From: a virus | Lineage: Duplodnaviria > Caudoviricetes | Strand: one strand, 5' to 3' | IMG/VR virus record: IMGVR_UViG_3300024051_000005 | Location: 1-49,233 of that record | Length of the DNA: 49,233 nt | Part shown: in pieces, positions 37,743-47,820 of the stretch | Layout of the letters: the number at the start of each line of letters is the position of its first letter | Numbering within the stretch: position 1 is the stretch's first letter | Position numbers and translations under genes: made by a program | The notes under the pieces: generated by a model | The model's input: only the letters and a program-made list of their open reading frames with translations | The model's database searches: none | What the model was told of the DNA's origin: nothing

Positions 37743-38744
37743 TTAGAACGGAATGTCATCATCGAACGAATCATAGTCTTCTACCACTGGTTGTGGCTTA
37801 GATTGCTTTTTGGGCTTTACCACAACATCAGGACCGTCTTGATCATTAACAATCTTAGTTTCTACTTGTGGCTTCGACTCTGATTGTTTAACCCCACGAA
37901 TCTCTTCAATTTGTTTTTGAATGTGGCTACCTTCATAATTGCTTGCACGTTTCATTGTGTTCACAACATGAGCACGAAGCTCTTTAACAGCAGCGGGATC
38001 ATTCTCTTTATTAAATTGAATCATCATTGGAGCATTTTCAAGTTCAGGAGCAGATTGACCACGACCTAGAGCACCAACATACTTCACATACTCAGTGTAA
38101 TATTCTTTGCCTTTGGACTCTTTGAAGAACACTTGAGCTTCAAACTGATAAGCTTGACCAAGTAGTTCACTGATTCGTTGAGGTTTGAACACTTCACCGG
38201 GTTTGATTAGTTTGCTTGCAACAGCCATCTTATAGAATAGGTGTTTTTGATCCAGACTCCAATCACCAAGCTTTTTATTCACTTTGAGAGGAGTTGGACG
38301 TTGAACAATCATACCACTACCTTCCATGTAGAACTGACCACCAAGATATAGACGAAGTGGAAGGGGTTTGTTTTCACCAAAGAATTGACCTTTATCCACA
38401 ACAATATCGGGGAAATCAACAGCTACTGCAACACATTGAATTGGTTTCTGAGGCCAGCATTTGAAACGAACTTGTTTCTTGCTTTCTGGGTCATAGCCAT
38501 CTTTAAAGTATGTGAAAGGTTTCTCAGCAATAATCTTGCGTTCCTCTTCTTCATCACCAGTGAATACAACTTCAGCATCAGGTTGTTCCTGAGTACCTAG
38601 ATCGATAATGGTACTAACCACACCAATCAGAGTTTCACGATCTTGAAGACCGGCAGTCTCTACAACATATTTGTTAATCTCATTGAAATCAACATTGCTG
38701 GTTTTACCACTTTCTTTTTGTTCACTACCATAAACTTCGAACAT
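37743..38744 (-). CDS. Putative single-stranded DNA-binding protein
   Basis: 333 aa; IIDLGTQ; acidic tail SFDDDIPF; in replication module. Confidence 0.7.
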   Translation of the reverse strand: MFEVYGSEQKESGKTSNVDFNEINKYVVETAGLQDRETLIGVVSTIIDLGTQEQPDAEVVFTGDEEEERKIIAEKPFTYFKDGYDPESKKQVRFKCWPQKPIQCVAVAVDFPDIVVDKGQFFGENKPLPLRLYLGGQFYMEGSGMIVQRPTPLKVNKKLGDWSLDQKHLFYKMAVASKLIKPGEVFKPQRISELLGQAYQFEAQVFFKESKGKEYYTEYVKYVGALGRGQSAPELENAPMMIQFNKENDPAAVKELRAHVVNTMKRASNYEGSHIQKQIEEIRGVKQSESKPQVETKIVNDQDGPDVVVKPKKQSKPQPVVEDYDSFDDDIPF

Positions 38745-38820
38745 TTAGTATTTCCTCTTTTTACATTTAGAATGCTAAACAATTACATTTAGCGGCTTAC
38801 TGCTCACAATGAGCAATTCT

Positions 38821-39837
38821 TTAAAAGTTGGCTTTAGTCATCTGTAATAGGTCTACAGCAGTGTCATTAGCAACAACACTACTAACATTAACACATTCAC
38901 AACGAGCTAGAAGCTTTAGCAGATTCATAGCACCATTACTGTTCTTCACAACACGTTGCATTGCTTTACTTTTGTATTTCTGTTTACGTTTAGTGGAAGA
39001 TTTCATCTTCTTTTCTCCTTATGGATTAATTTTAATATATTGTTCAACGATTTCTAGACATTCATCAAGAAGATTGTATTCTTCTGGTTGCTCTTCTTCG
39101 GCAGAAAGAACTTCTTTGTAAATGTCATAGTCAATTTGATTTATGATTTCAAGAACCATTTCTCTTGCTTGTTCAGCATCAAGAGCCATTTTCAGTCCTC
39201 ATGTTTTTCATGGATCATGTAGTGGGTGATTCGATATCCATCTTTTGTTTCATCGGTCCAACCATAAAATTCACTGACAGTCCCAAAACCAACTTCACAA
39301 TTTTCAAATATCACAAAAACTTGATCTAAGCTATTCAGTTCGGTAGGAAAAGTTCCATTAGTTTTTGTGTAATTTTTCAGAAGGTCAGGTTCTGGTTTAT
39401 CTCTGTAAAGATATTGGAATAGTTGCTCCATCGTCTCTACTTCAAGAACAACTTCCATGTTTTCTAGCTTCTCTGTGTACTTAATCATCCTCTTTATCAT
39501 ACTCCACAAAGAAATCATTTACACGGCGATAATATTGATCACTTTCTACAAGAAACTCAGCCCAAATTTTCACGTTCAGCAAATAATCTTCCTCTTTCCA
39601 ATCACCACTTTGATAAGCATCAAACCATTCAAACTTATCACTTTGGTCTACATATTCGTTGGATTCATTCATATTGATGATTTTATTAGCCCAATCTTTG
39701 TAGCCTTTACCAAGTAGGAAATATGCCCAACTACCGAGAGGGTAATTATCTAGAAAATAATCAGTGAAGCTTTCTCCTGCTTGATGTTCCCAATCTCGGA
39801 TAGCTTTAATCATAGCGGGCACGTTGCGTTCTACCAT
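38821..39837 (-). CDS. Small hypothetical ORFs (38821-39006, 39019-39189, 39192-~39490, 39481-39837)
   Basis: Packed ORFs; 39019-39189 (56 aa) read manually. Confidence 0.45.
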
Positions 39838-39840
39838 TTA

Positions 39841-40071
39841 TTAATCCTCCAACAGTTTATCGTAAAGATTATTCATTTTTAGAATCTCTGCCATCTTGCC
39901 ATTCTCTTTCTCAAGACTTCTCTTATCTTGCACTAAATCTTCTACAAGCTTTTGCATTAGCTGGGATTCTGTTAGAGACATTTTATCTCCATCAAATAGA
40001 TAGCGAATTAAAGTTCCATCCTCAGTCCATCCATCAAGTTTCTTGAGGAAATCTACAAGAGATTGTTTCAT
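39841..40071 (-). CDS. Hypothetical protein
   Basis: Likely start MKQSLV. Confidence 0.45.
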   Translation of the reverse strand: MKQSLVDFLKKLDGWTEDGTLIRYLFDGDKMSLTESQLMQKLVEDLVQDKRSLEKENGKMAEILKMNNLYDKLLED

Positions 40072-40271
40072 TTCCCAAACACAAGCCAAAGAAGAAGTGC
40101 AAGAAGACCAAAGGACAGTAGAATCAGAATTGGAACCCAAAGAGGACTAAGAACCAACCACCAACTCCAAGTTGCTACTGCACCAACACCACCAAGTTTT
40201 AGACCAATAAACAGAAGAGCTAGCAGGCTAAAGAACGGAAAACTCACAGAGACAGTTTTCTGATTTGACAT
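40068..40271 (-). CDS. Small membrane protein
   Basis: LLALLFIGLKL.G...WSWWLVLSPLW. Confidence 0.65.
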   Translation of the reverse strand: MSNQKTVSVSFPFFSLLALLFIGLKLGGVGAVATWSWWLVLSPLWVPILILLSFGLLALLLWLVFGK

Positions 40272-40649
40272 TATCGTACCACCTTCTCTTCTGCTAGTTT
40301 ATATTTACGTTGGATGATATTGATTTTCTGTTTAGGGCACTCTACAGAAAATTCTTGCTTGAGTTTACGTGCATCTTCTCGGACATAAACACGTTCAATT
40401 ACATAGCCATATTGTGCATCTACAATATCGTATTCATATTTTACTTGTTTCATTTTATAGTTCCTCTTTTTGTACTGGTAGGTATTTAATAAATTGTTCT
40501 GCTGCCACTTCACCATAAGAAGGCTCTTTACCTTCAAGTTTTTCTTTACAGTGATTTAGAGCAGTTTTATAGGTTTCTTGAAAAGCTTCAGGATCGTTAA
40601 TGTACTCATCCATCCACTTGTTAAATGCTAGAACAAAACTTTCTTTCAT
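40271..40649 (-). CDS. Two hypothetical ORFs (40271-40453, 40455-40649)
   Basis: Packed ORFs. Confidence 0.45.
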
Positions 40650-40689
40650 CTCATTTTCCTCCTATTTTTCAGTTGGTACATCTATTATT

Positions 40690-41190
40690 TCATGGATTAC
40701 GAACACCGTCAAGCAGTTTTTTAGCTTCTTCAATGTAATAGTTGTAATCAATGTCCCAATGGAATTCCTTCATATTATTACAAGGAACAACATTCCATTC
40801 AGTATCAATTCCAAGTCTACGATCCTCACCACCTTCCTCAAGAGGAGGCATGATTTTCACAAGCTTACCGCCCTTGGTTGATGGATAATAACGACAGATG
40901 TTTTGTAAAGGCTCCTCTGAATTATCCTCATGAACAAGAACAAGACGTGAATTTCGCGGTACTTTGGTCCTCAAAAAAAAGTCGTAAGGGTCTTTATGTT
41001 CTTTGATGAAGTGTTCAACAGAATCAAGATTAAGAATTTCGGCCAGAGCGGCTAGGGAAACAATCATGGCTGAGTGATTCTTATGCCATCCCATTTCTCT
41101 ATACGGCATAACTTCATATCTGCCTTTGGTTTTTACTTTCCCGGATGAAATTAATTTTCTAATCACATCTATTTTATCATCATGTGTCAA
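40690..41190 (-). CDS. Family-B DNA polymerase, C-terminal (thumb) fragment
   Basis: TTG start with GAGAGGA RBS; GKVKTKGRY..WHKNHS..QNICRYY..DIDYNYYIEEAKKL. Confidence 0.8.
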   Translation of the reverse strand: MTHDDKIDVIRKLISSGKVKTKGRYEVMPYREMGWHKNHSAMIVSLAALAEILNLDSVEHFIKEHKDPYDFFLRTKVPRNSRLVLVHEDNSEEPLQNICRYYPSTKGGKLVKIMPPLEEGGEDRRLGIDTEWNVVPCNNMKEFHWDIDYNYYIEEAKKLLDGVRNP

Positions 41191-41824
41191 TCTTAATCCT
41201 CTCTATTCTAAAATTTTTGAAATAAACAAGATTTGTTTTATATTTAGCAAACTTACCCAAACAGCCTCTTAGACCGAGTTCTTTTAATTCGGCATAATAA
41301 ACTATTTTCTCTAAGCTTTCATTAGAAATTTTATATTTCCATTTAGTTTTAATTTTGGAAAATAACTTACCTTGTGCCTTTCTGTCTCGATTACTCCATG
41401 ACTCCTTAAGTTTATCTGAATGTCCACTCCTGATTCCTGAACTCCATTCGGCTTTTAATCTTTCTGATATCTTCAGTCTTGTAGACTCATGAACAATCAT
41501 AGCTCCACTTTTATCTTTTCTTAAGTTATAACCAAGCTTTCTATTTGTTGAATTGAAGTATTCGATCCAAAATAACTCTCTGTCTTCTACAATATCTACA
41601 TCGCAGATTTCTATTACAGAGAATGTAAAATTATGAATACCGTGTTTACCCATAGAACTTCAAAGATAATTATTTATCTGACGACTTCTACGATTTTTGA
41701 AATCATACAAATAGTGGTGTGATCTTCGATAGAAACACATTGTTCTACCAATGTAATTTTTACCATTCACAATATTTGTTATCTTATAAATTCCTCCTTG
41801 ATTTTTAAACTTACTAATTTTCAA
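41180..41824 (-). pseudogene. GIY-YIG homing endonuclease with one in-frame TGA (41662-41660)
   Basis: GIYKITN..NGKNYIG..NNYL*SSMGKHG..NFTFSVIE..RELFWI..GYNL; ORFs 41660..41845 and 41180..41653 share a frame. Confidence 0.8.
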
Positions 41825-43559
41825 CCTTATCCTCTTTAATTGCAATATAGGAATTTACATCAGCCACATACATTACAGAATAAGTATCACCTTCCATCTC
41901 AAGTCCTGTGATTTCCTCCCATCGTTTTACAATCTTATCAGCTTTAGGAATATTTTCAATATCTACAAAATATTCAAAACCATCCGTGTTGCACATAATG
42001 ATTTCAGCATCGCAATGATCAACTAGAGCGCCCATCAGCATACACAGAGAAAGCTGGCCACCAATTGTAATACTCATTGTGTAAGCAGGATCATACAGAG
42101 GACTAAATTCGTTGTTACTATCACCATACACGCCATTCAGAGCAAGCTTCAGTGCCTTGTTAGTTGCTGACTTTTTATCATGCTTTTTACGCTCATTATA
42201 CAAATCCTTGTACACTTTACAGAATGTCATTCCAAGATGTTTAGGATAGACATTATTTGAAATTGCCATGTTTGGATAGTAACTAGCAACGTCTAGTGTA
42301 CGAAGCTTTCTTTTCTCAGTAGACCTATGAGTTCCTTGCTTTGCACCATGGATACCACCAACACCAAAGTCATAACGAAAACCATTAATTACAACATTCA
42401 ACGTTTCGGCAATATTGTAACACCAATGATAGGATTTCTTAGGAACTTTTACAACTCGTTGTTTCTCTTTTCCTTTGTCGTCAATGAAGGTTTCTTTTAC
42501 AGAATTACCTTGTTCATCCTTTAGTGTTTCCATTGCTTTTAGTTCTGTAACCTCAAGCCAACCCATTGGGAATTTCTTTTTCATTTCCTCAATTTCAGAA
42601 TCAGATGGTTGAGTTTTGAACTTTTCTTTCTTGATTTTCATCTCAGCGTATTTAGCAACATCCCCAAGATTGTGCTCAAGAATATCAGTGAAAACACCCT
42701 TTGTCTCAACAATTACTTGTTTCTTAAACCATTCGTGGATTGCTTCAAACTCTGGTCGATTCTTGGTGAAATCAATGTAATCAAATAGACAATCTTTAAT
42801 AACGATTTTGTCTCGTTTGGTTTGATTAATTTTTCTACCAAACTTCCCATAGCTGTAACAACAACCCGGATTCTCTTTTTCAAGACGATCAATGAAAAGC
42901 TGTTTACCAATCTTTGTGTCATTGTAATTAGTACAATCAAACCCAAATTGTTTACCAAGCTCTTCACGAAGAATCAAAGCTTCTTTTGACTCATTGTAAA
43001 ACTTCAAAGTTTCAAATACGTCTTTCTTGTTATATTTGAGAAGAATTGGAATCTCTTCTTCTTTAATTGCATATCCAACAGGGAATGGTAGGTCTTCAAT
43101 CTCTTCAGAACGCATATTGAATTCTAACATCTTAAGAGACGTTGAACGGGCCTTGTTGTCAAAGTGATGAATTAAGAATAAATCAACTTGATCAATAACA
43201 ACTTCTGAATCTTTGATTGGGTTGAAATTCTTATCACTTTTCTTTTGCTTATTGAAATATTCTTGAGCTACAGAGTAAATCTCTTTTGCTGTAAATACAC
43301 ACTCTTTCTTCATGAGTCGGCACTCCTTCGCCTTCTCAATCATGTAATGAAGGATAGTGTAATCAAAACTACGATTGTTAAAACCAACTAGGCGACGTTT
43401 CTTGCGAACACAATCACGAAGAAATTCTAGGAGTCCTTTACTATCATTCTTTCGATTACTAATTTCAAATTCAACAAAATTTTCACCATCTACATCAACC
43501 GCACACATCGTAATTACGGTTGGGTATGTTTCAAGGTCATAAATACAGTCTTTTGTCAC
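41814..43559 (-). CDS. Family-B DNA polymerase, N-terminal fragment (3'-5' exonuclease + palm/fingers)
   Basis: YDLETY, GFNNRSFD, YNKKDV (Exo I-III); DVASYYPN, KLALNGVYG, NTDG, DVNSY. Confidence 0.88.
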   Translation of the reverse strand: MTKDCIYDLETYPTVITMCAVDVDGENFVEFEISNRKNDSKGLLEFLRDCVRKKRRLVGFNNRSFDYTILHYMIEKAKECRLMKKECVFTAKEIYSVAQEYFNKQKKSDKNFNPIKDSEVVIDQVDLFLIHHFDNKARSTSLKMLEFNMRSEEIEDLPFPVGYAIKEEEIPILLKYNKKDVFETLKFYNESKEALILREELGKQFGFDCTNYNDTKIGKQLFIDRLEKENPGCCYSYGKFGRKINQTKRDKIVIKDCLFDYIDFTKNRPEFEAIHEWFKKQVIVETKGVFTDILEHNLGDVAKYAEMKIKKEKFKTQPSDSEIEEMKKKFPMGWLEVTELKAMETLKDEQGNSVKETFIDDKGKEKQRVVKVPKKSYHWCYNIAETLNVVINGFRYDFGVGGIHGAKQGTHRSTEKRKLRTLDVASYYPNMAISNNVYPKHLGMTFCKVYKDLYNERKKHDKKSATNKALKLALNGVYGDSNNEFSPLYDPAYTMSITIGGQLSLCMLMGALVDHCDAEIIMCNTDGFEYFVDIENIPKADKIVKRWEEITGLEMEGDTYSVMYVADVNSYIAIKEDKVEN

Positions 43560-43571
43560 GATTCCTCCAGA

Positions 43572-45410
43572 TTAAAATTCAGGCTCCTCTTTTTGAGGAT
43601 TCTTCTCTAACCAATCTCCAAGATCATAACACTTAACTGTGCTAAAATCATAGTACCATTTACCAGCACTACCAGTTTTACCGCCGCGACACTTAGGAAG
43701 ATCAACTTCAGTGGTATTTTTATCTACGTTATCTTCAGCCAGTTTATCACGATTCAAGACAATATTGTAGTGAGCTGATTGTACAAAACTACCTGTTCCA
43801 AGGGCATCAAACTCCGTTACTTTGCGCATTTTACCGTCTGCGCTTTGTTGAGGTTTACGAGTATGTAGGACATTAATCATCGTTACACCATTCTTTGCCA
43901 TATTGCGTTGGAAGTTCATGTGATCTTCTGAATATTGCTCATTGCTGCCTCGTAGTAAATCACTCAGAACATCAATAACAAACAGCTTACTATCATACTT
44001 TTTATATAGCATTTCAAGTTCAACTTCCATGTCTTTAATGCTACCAGCACGATCATCAATAATAAAGAACCGAGGTTCCCCGTTTTCCTTGTATGCTAGG
44101 TTTTTCTTAATTTGTTGACCTTCATCTGTTTTCAGAAAATCAATAATCTGTTCTGGAGACATTCTCCACATCAAGTTAGTCTCCATATAAATGGAGAGCA
44201 TTTCTAACATGTACTGAGAAGCTGTAGCCTCAAGACTGACGATTGTTGGTGTAACTGGACTATTAAATACCCAATATTGTACCATACGATTCACATGGGT
44301 CGATTTCCCGCATGATGTGTCAGCAATAACGTTGGCAATTCGTCCTTGAATAATACCACCACCCATCATTTCCTGCATTTGATGCATATAGGGAGGAAGG
44401 GTGATTCGTGGCTTCATTAGTTCGTCTGGAATTTCTTCTAAACCTTCTGCTGCACTTTTTACACCCGGTGGAGTATATGGCTTAGAGGCCCAATAATCAT
44501 TGATAAATTCAGATTCAAAATGAACTACCTTTTGTGCGTCTTTATCCCAAATATATGAATTTGGGTCTTTTCGACGCATTTTCATGATATGGACACGACC
44601 ACGAGGAAGAACAGAAACAATAGATTCCATTGCCTCGTTACCAGCCTTATCGTTATCCATGCACACTACGATTTTCTTAAATCGATCAAAGAATTCATAT
44701 TGAGCTTGAATTTGCTTATGTGCGCCTGTTTCCCCAATTGTTGGACTTACAACAGCGATGGGGTTGTATTGCTTATTCTTTTGGTAATCAGAAAGCATTT
44801 GAAAAGCTGCAAGCTGATCATGTTCACCCCCAACAATAACAACAGTATCAGAGAATGTGCTAAATTTGAATTGACCAAAAAGCTCACAATCTTTTCCGGT
44901 TTCACCGTAAGGGTTTGTGAATTCTTTTGGATGTTTACGAATTTTATAACCTGAAAGTTCTCCATTCTGTGTTACAGGGTAATAGGTAGAACTGACACTA
45001 CCATCACTTTCTGAGTAGGTATAACGAACACCAAAAGGTTTACTAATATCAGAACGAATTCCCCGATAACCTTTAGTGTCTACTCCTGTCTCAGTCTTAA
45101 TCTTCTCATTAACTTCTTTGTCAAAAGGTTTACCCAAAATATCCTCCAAATCTAATTTTGGTTTAAATGTTTCTTCATCATTTGTAATTTCTTTATAAAT
45201 GTTAATTGCTTCTATAAAGGAACAGCCTTCCATGTTACGGATGAAATCAATGCTATCCCCACCAGTTGCACAAGTGCCCCAACAATAATAACTTTCTGTC
45301 TCATCATAAATTTGTAATGAGGGAGTCTTTTCGCCATGAATCAAACAACAACACTTACTTCCAGAAATCTCGGCTCCATAATGTTCCAAAACTTGACGAA
45401 TGTAACTCAT
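43572..45410 (-). CDS. Primase-helicase (CHC2 zinc finger, TOPRIM, SF4 helicase)
   Basis: C..H.EKTPS..C...C, DND, SCGKST, SLE, FVID, KCR.GKTG. Confidence 0.9.
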   Translation of the reverse strand: MSYIRQVLEHYGAEISGSKCCCLIHGEKTPSLQIYDETESYYCWGTCATGGDSIDFIRNMEGCSFIEAINIYKEITNDEETFKPKLDLEDILGKPFDKEVNEKIKTETGVDTKGYRGIRSDISKPFGVRYTYSESDGSVSSTYYPVTQNGELSGYKIRKHPKEFTNPYGETGKDCELFGQFKFSTFSDTVVIVGGEHDQLAAFQMLSDYQKNKQYNPIAVVSPTIGETGAHKQIQAQYEFFDRFKKIVVCMDNDKAGNEAMESIVSVLPRGRVHIMKMRRKDPNSYIWDKDAQKVVHFESEFINDYWASKPYTPPGVKSAAEGLEEIPDELMKPRITLPPYMHQMQEMMGGGIIQGRIANVIADTSCGKSTHVNRMVQYWVFNSPVTPTIVSLEATASQYMLEMLSIYMETNLMWRMSPEQIIDFLKTDEGQQIKKNLAYKENGEPRFFIIDDRAGSIKDMEVELEMLYKKYDSKLFVIDVLSDLLRGSNEQYSEDHMNFQRNMAKNGVTMINVLHTRKPQQSADGKMRKVTEFDALGTGSFVQSAHYNIVLNRDKLAEDNVDKNTTEVDLPKCRGGKTGSAGKWYYDFSTVKCYDLGDWLEKNPQKEEPEF

Positions 45411-46330
45411 TTAATCCTCAACACAATCTACGAAATCTTGAAGAATAGAGATAGCTCGTTCAATTTCGTAAGTATTTACTTTAGCGTTATAACCTTCATC
45501 ATAAGCTTTAGTCTTCTCTTCTTCTAGTGTTTGCTGATCAATACAATCAACCATAAGTTTATTAACAAACTCTGAAAGACAAACACCATTAGCATAAAGA
45601 AGTCCCTTATCAACATAATCCCTAAGCTCTTGTGCTGTTAGATGACGAATATTATCTTTTGCAATATCAATTGTGTAGGTCATTTATCTTTCTCCTCTTT
45701 AATGAATGGGCGTGAGTAAACCCACAGTTTACCACCATCATCTAGTTCTTGAATAACAATAGCAATCTGACTAATACCATTCTTAATGTCTTTATTCATT
45801 TGTCGTAGCATTGCAGCTTTTGTATCAAAAGTAGTTTCATTCATTTTTCTGATGCTCCTTTGCAAATAGTTTCCACAGCTCATCACGTTCTTTAGCTTCG
45901 TTTGCTGCTGTTTCAGACACCCAAATCAGTTGCTCTCGTGTTAAATTTTTAAAGATTAGCTCTAGAGCTTCTTTGTCATGATCTTTAATTGAATCGGTCA
46001 TTATTCATCCTCCATAAGCTCTTTATATTCTTTAATAAAGATATTGAGCATATTTCGCAGAGCGTTTTCACCTGCTGATGTGAGTTGCACATTTGGGCCA
46101 GCTTCACGTCCAGCGGGATAATCTACTTCGCTATCTTCTGCTAGAATTTGTGCAGCATTTTCAATAAAGCTTTCAATAATTTCTTCAAGCTCGGTTTCTT
46201 TAAACCAATCCCTTAGACTTTCACCATAATAATCCCAATTATCCACTCCACCTGCTTCAAGAGCATTTAGCTTAGATTCAGCACGTTCTAGTTCTTTAAG
46301 TCGTTTTGCACTAATTTTAACGTCAGTCAT
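45411..46330 (-). CDS. Hypothetical ORFs (45411-45683, 45680-45844, 45837-46001, 46001-46330)
   Basis: Coupled ORFs; 46001-46330 has GGVDNWDYY motif. Confidence 0.5.
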
Positions 46331-47518
46331 TTAGAAAAGCTCCTCTTCATTATTATCTTTAGGTTCTTCATCCATATCTTTCTCAAGAAGATCGCGAACA
46401 GAATATGGAATCTTTTCTTTAGTTTCAAATTTCTCTGTAAATTCTTCTTTAGTATAGGCTGCTTTTACAAATACATCTCCCATTAGTTTCAAATCCCAAG
46501 AATTATTTGCGGTTCCTTCAAGTTCTAGGATAATGGAATCTGAGTAGTGATGTTGCGAGTATTGTCCGTTAAGAACGTATTCACCTTCGTGAACCCAAAT
46601 ACCTTCCCGCCCACCATTTACAATCTCACCTACTTTGTAAACAAAGCTATTCTTGTAGTGAGAGACAAGAGAGCCATCTTCAAGCTTTTTAACATTCTTG
46701 AAATATTTACCTTCGGGATTTTCTTTGTGTTTAGTTTCAGGTTCAAAGAAATGACGAACTGGCTTATACAGATCATTCAGAGATTCTGGAGCTTTAAACT
46801 TATATTCATTCTCAGGAGAAAGCTTATCAAAACATTCCATTGCTTTGTCTAGGGAGAATTCCTCATTAACTGGAAACACTTCTTTCATATCAAGGCCGTA
46901 CATCCCAGCCACTTCCTCTGTTAGCTTTTCCCAGCTATCAATTTCTTTCTTGTTCACAGCCAGAAGAATACGCAGCATTTGTGGGCGAGAAATATTATAC
47001 CCTTTTTCCACATACTTTGCAACCCTCAGAGCAGAAATCAGAGGATATGCTGTGCCTTCGTTGAAGCTTAGATAGCGTTGTGAGTTGTGCTTTAGGAAGT
47101 CTTTGTGAAGCACAAATTGGGATTTGTCTTTAACTCGATCAAAGCCTTCACGGAATTCTAAAGCGCCCATATTCACAGTGAAATCATAATCTGCGAACAC
47201 TTCATTTACATCTTTAAAGAATTTATAAATAATTAGCTGAACGTCTTGACCTGTAACTTTATCCTTAAGAAGAATAGAACGATCAGTCATGTTATTTGCA
47301 ATTAAACGGAAAGTGTAATCCCCTTCATAAATGTCGTAGCAGAATTGCAGGTATGAAAGTGGATTTCGAAAATAAACGTCCAAGTCATTTACTTCACGAT
47401 TACAAAATACAGAAGTAATAGCACCACCAGCAATAATCACATCATGCTTTTCAAATAGTTCCCAAACATCTTTACTAACTAGTTTTTGTAGCTTACGTAG
47501 TTCATTTTGATATTGCAT
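46331..47518 (-). CDS. Nucleotidyltransferase (CCA/poly(A)-polymerase-like head) with extra C-terminal domain
   Basis: IAGGAI..NDLDVYF, DFTVN, LRVAKY..KGY. Confidence 0.75.
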   Translation of the reverse strand: MQYQNELRKLQKLVSKDVWELFEKHDVIIAGGAITSVFCNREVNDLDVYFRNPLSYLQFCYDIYEGDYTFRLIANNMTDRSILLKDKVTGQDVQLIIYKFFKDVNEVFADYDFTVNMGALEFREGFDRVKDKSQFVLHKDFLKHNSQRYLSFNEGTAYPLISALRVAKYVEKGYNISRPQMLRILLAVNKKEIDSWEKLTEEVAGMYGLDMKEVFPVNEEFSLDKAMECFDKLSPENEYKFKAPESLNDLYKPVRHFFEPETKHKENPEGKYFKNVKKLEDGSLVSHYKNSFVYKVGEIVNGGREGIWVHEGEYVLNGQYSQHHYSDSIILELEGTANNSWDLKLMGDVFVKAAYTKEEFTEKFETKEKIPYSVRDLLEKDMDEEPKDNNEEELF

Positions 47519-47520
47519 TA

Positions 47521-47820
47521 TTAATTCTCCATTTCAAATTTAATGTGATCACGAACAACTTCTACCCACATAGCTTCATTAATTCTACCATCAGCACGAA
47601 GGTCTTATAGATAGTCATTAACCAGCTCTAGGGCCTTCTCTAAGCCCGGATTGAGATATCCCTTAGCCTCTCCATTGTCCAAGTCAAAAGCTGCTTCACG
47701 AAGCTTATAGGCCAGCTCTCGTTGCTCTTCTTCAGTGAGAAAGCCTGTGTCAAAATAAGAATTTCCAAAAGCAACACGCAAACCTCTGTACCCTTTAAAT
47801 CGATTTACAGAAAAGTCCAT
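47521..47820 (-). CDS. Hypothetical protein, possibly interrupted by in-frame TAA at 47607-47605
   Basis: Frame stays open 27 codons past the stop, up to next RBS. Confidence 0.45.

Noticed and set aside
41162-41190. TTGACA at start of polymerase C-fragment as a promoter
   Set aside because: Coincides with coding TTG ACA; the -10 at 17 nt (TGTGAT) is poor.
41180-41845. Group I intron or split intein in DNA polymerase
   Set aside because: No non-coding space for a catalytic core and no intein terminal motifs visible; a covariance search is still needed for formal exclusion.
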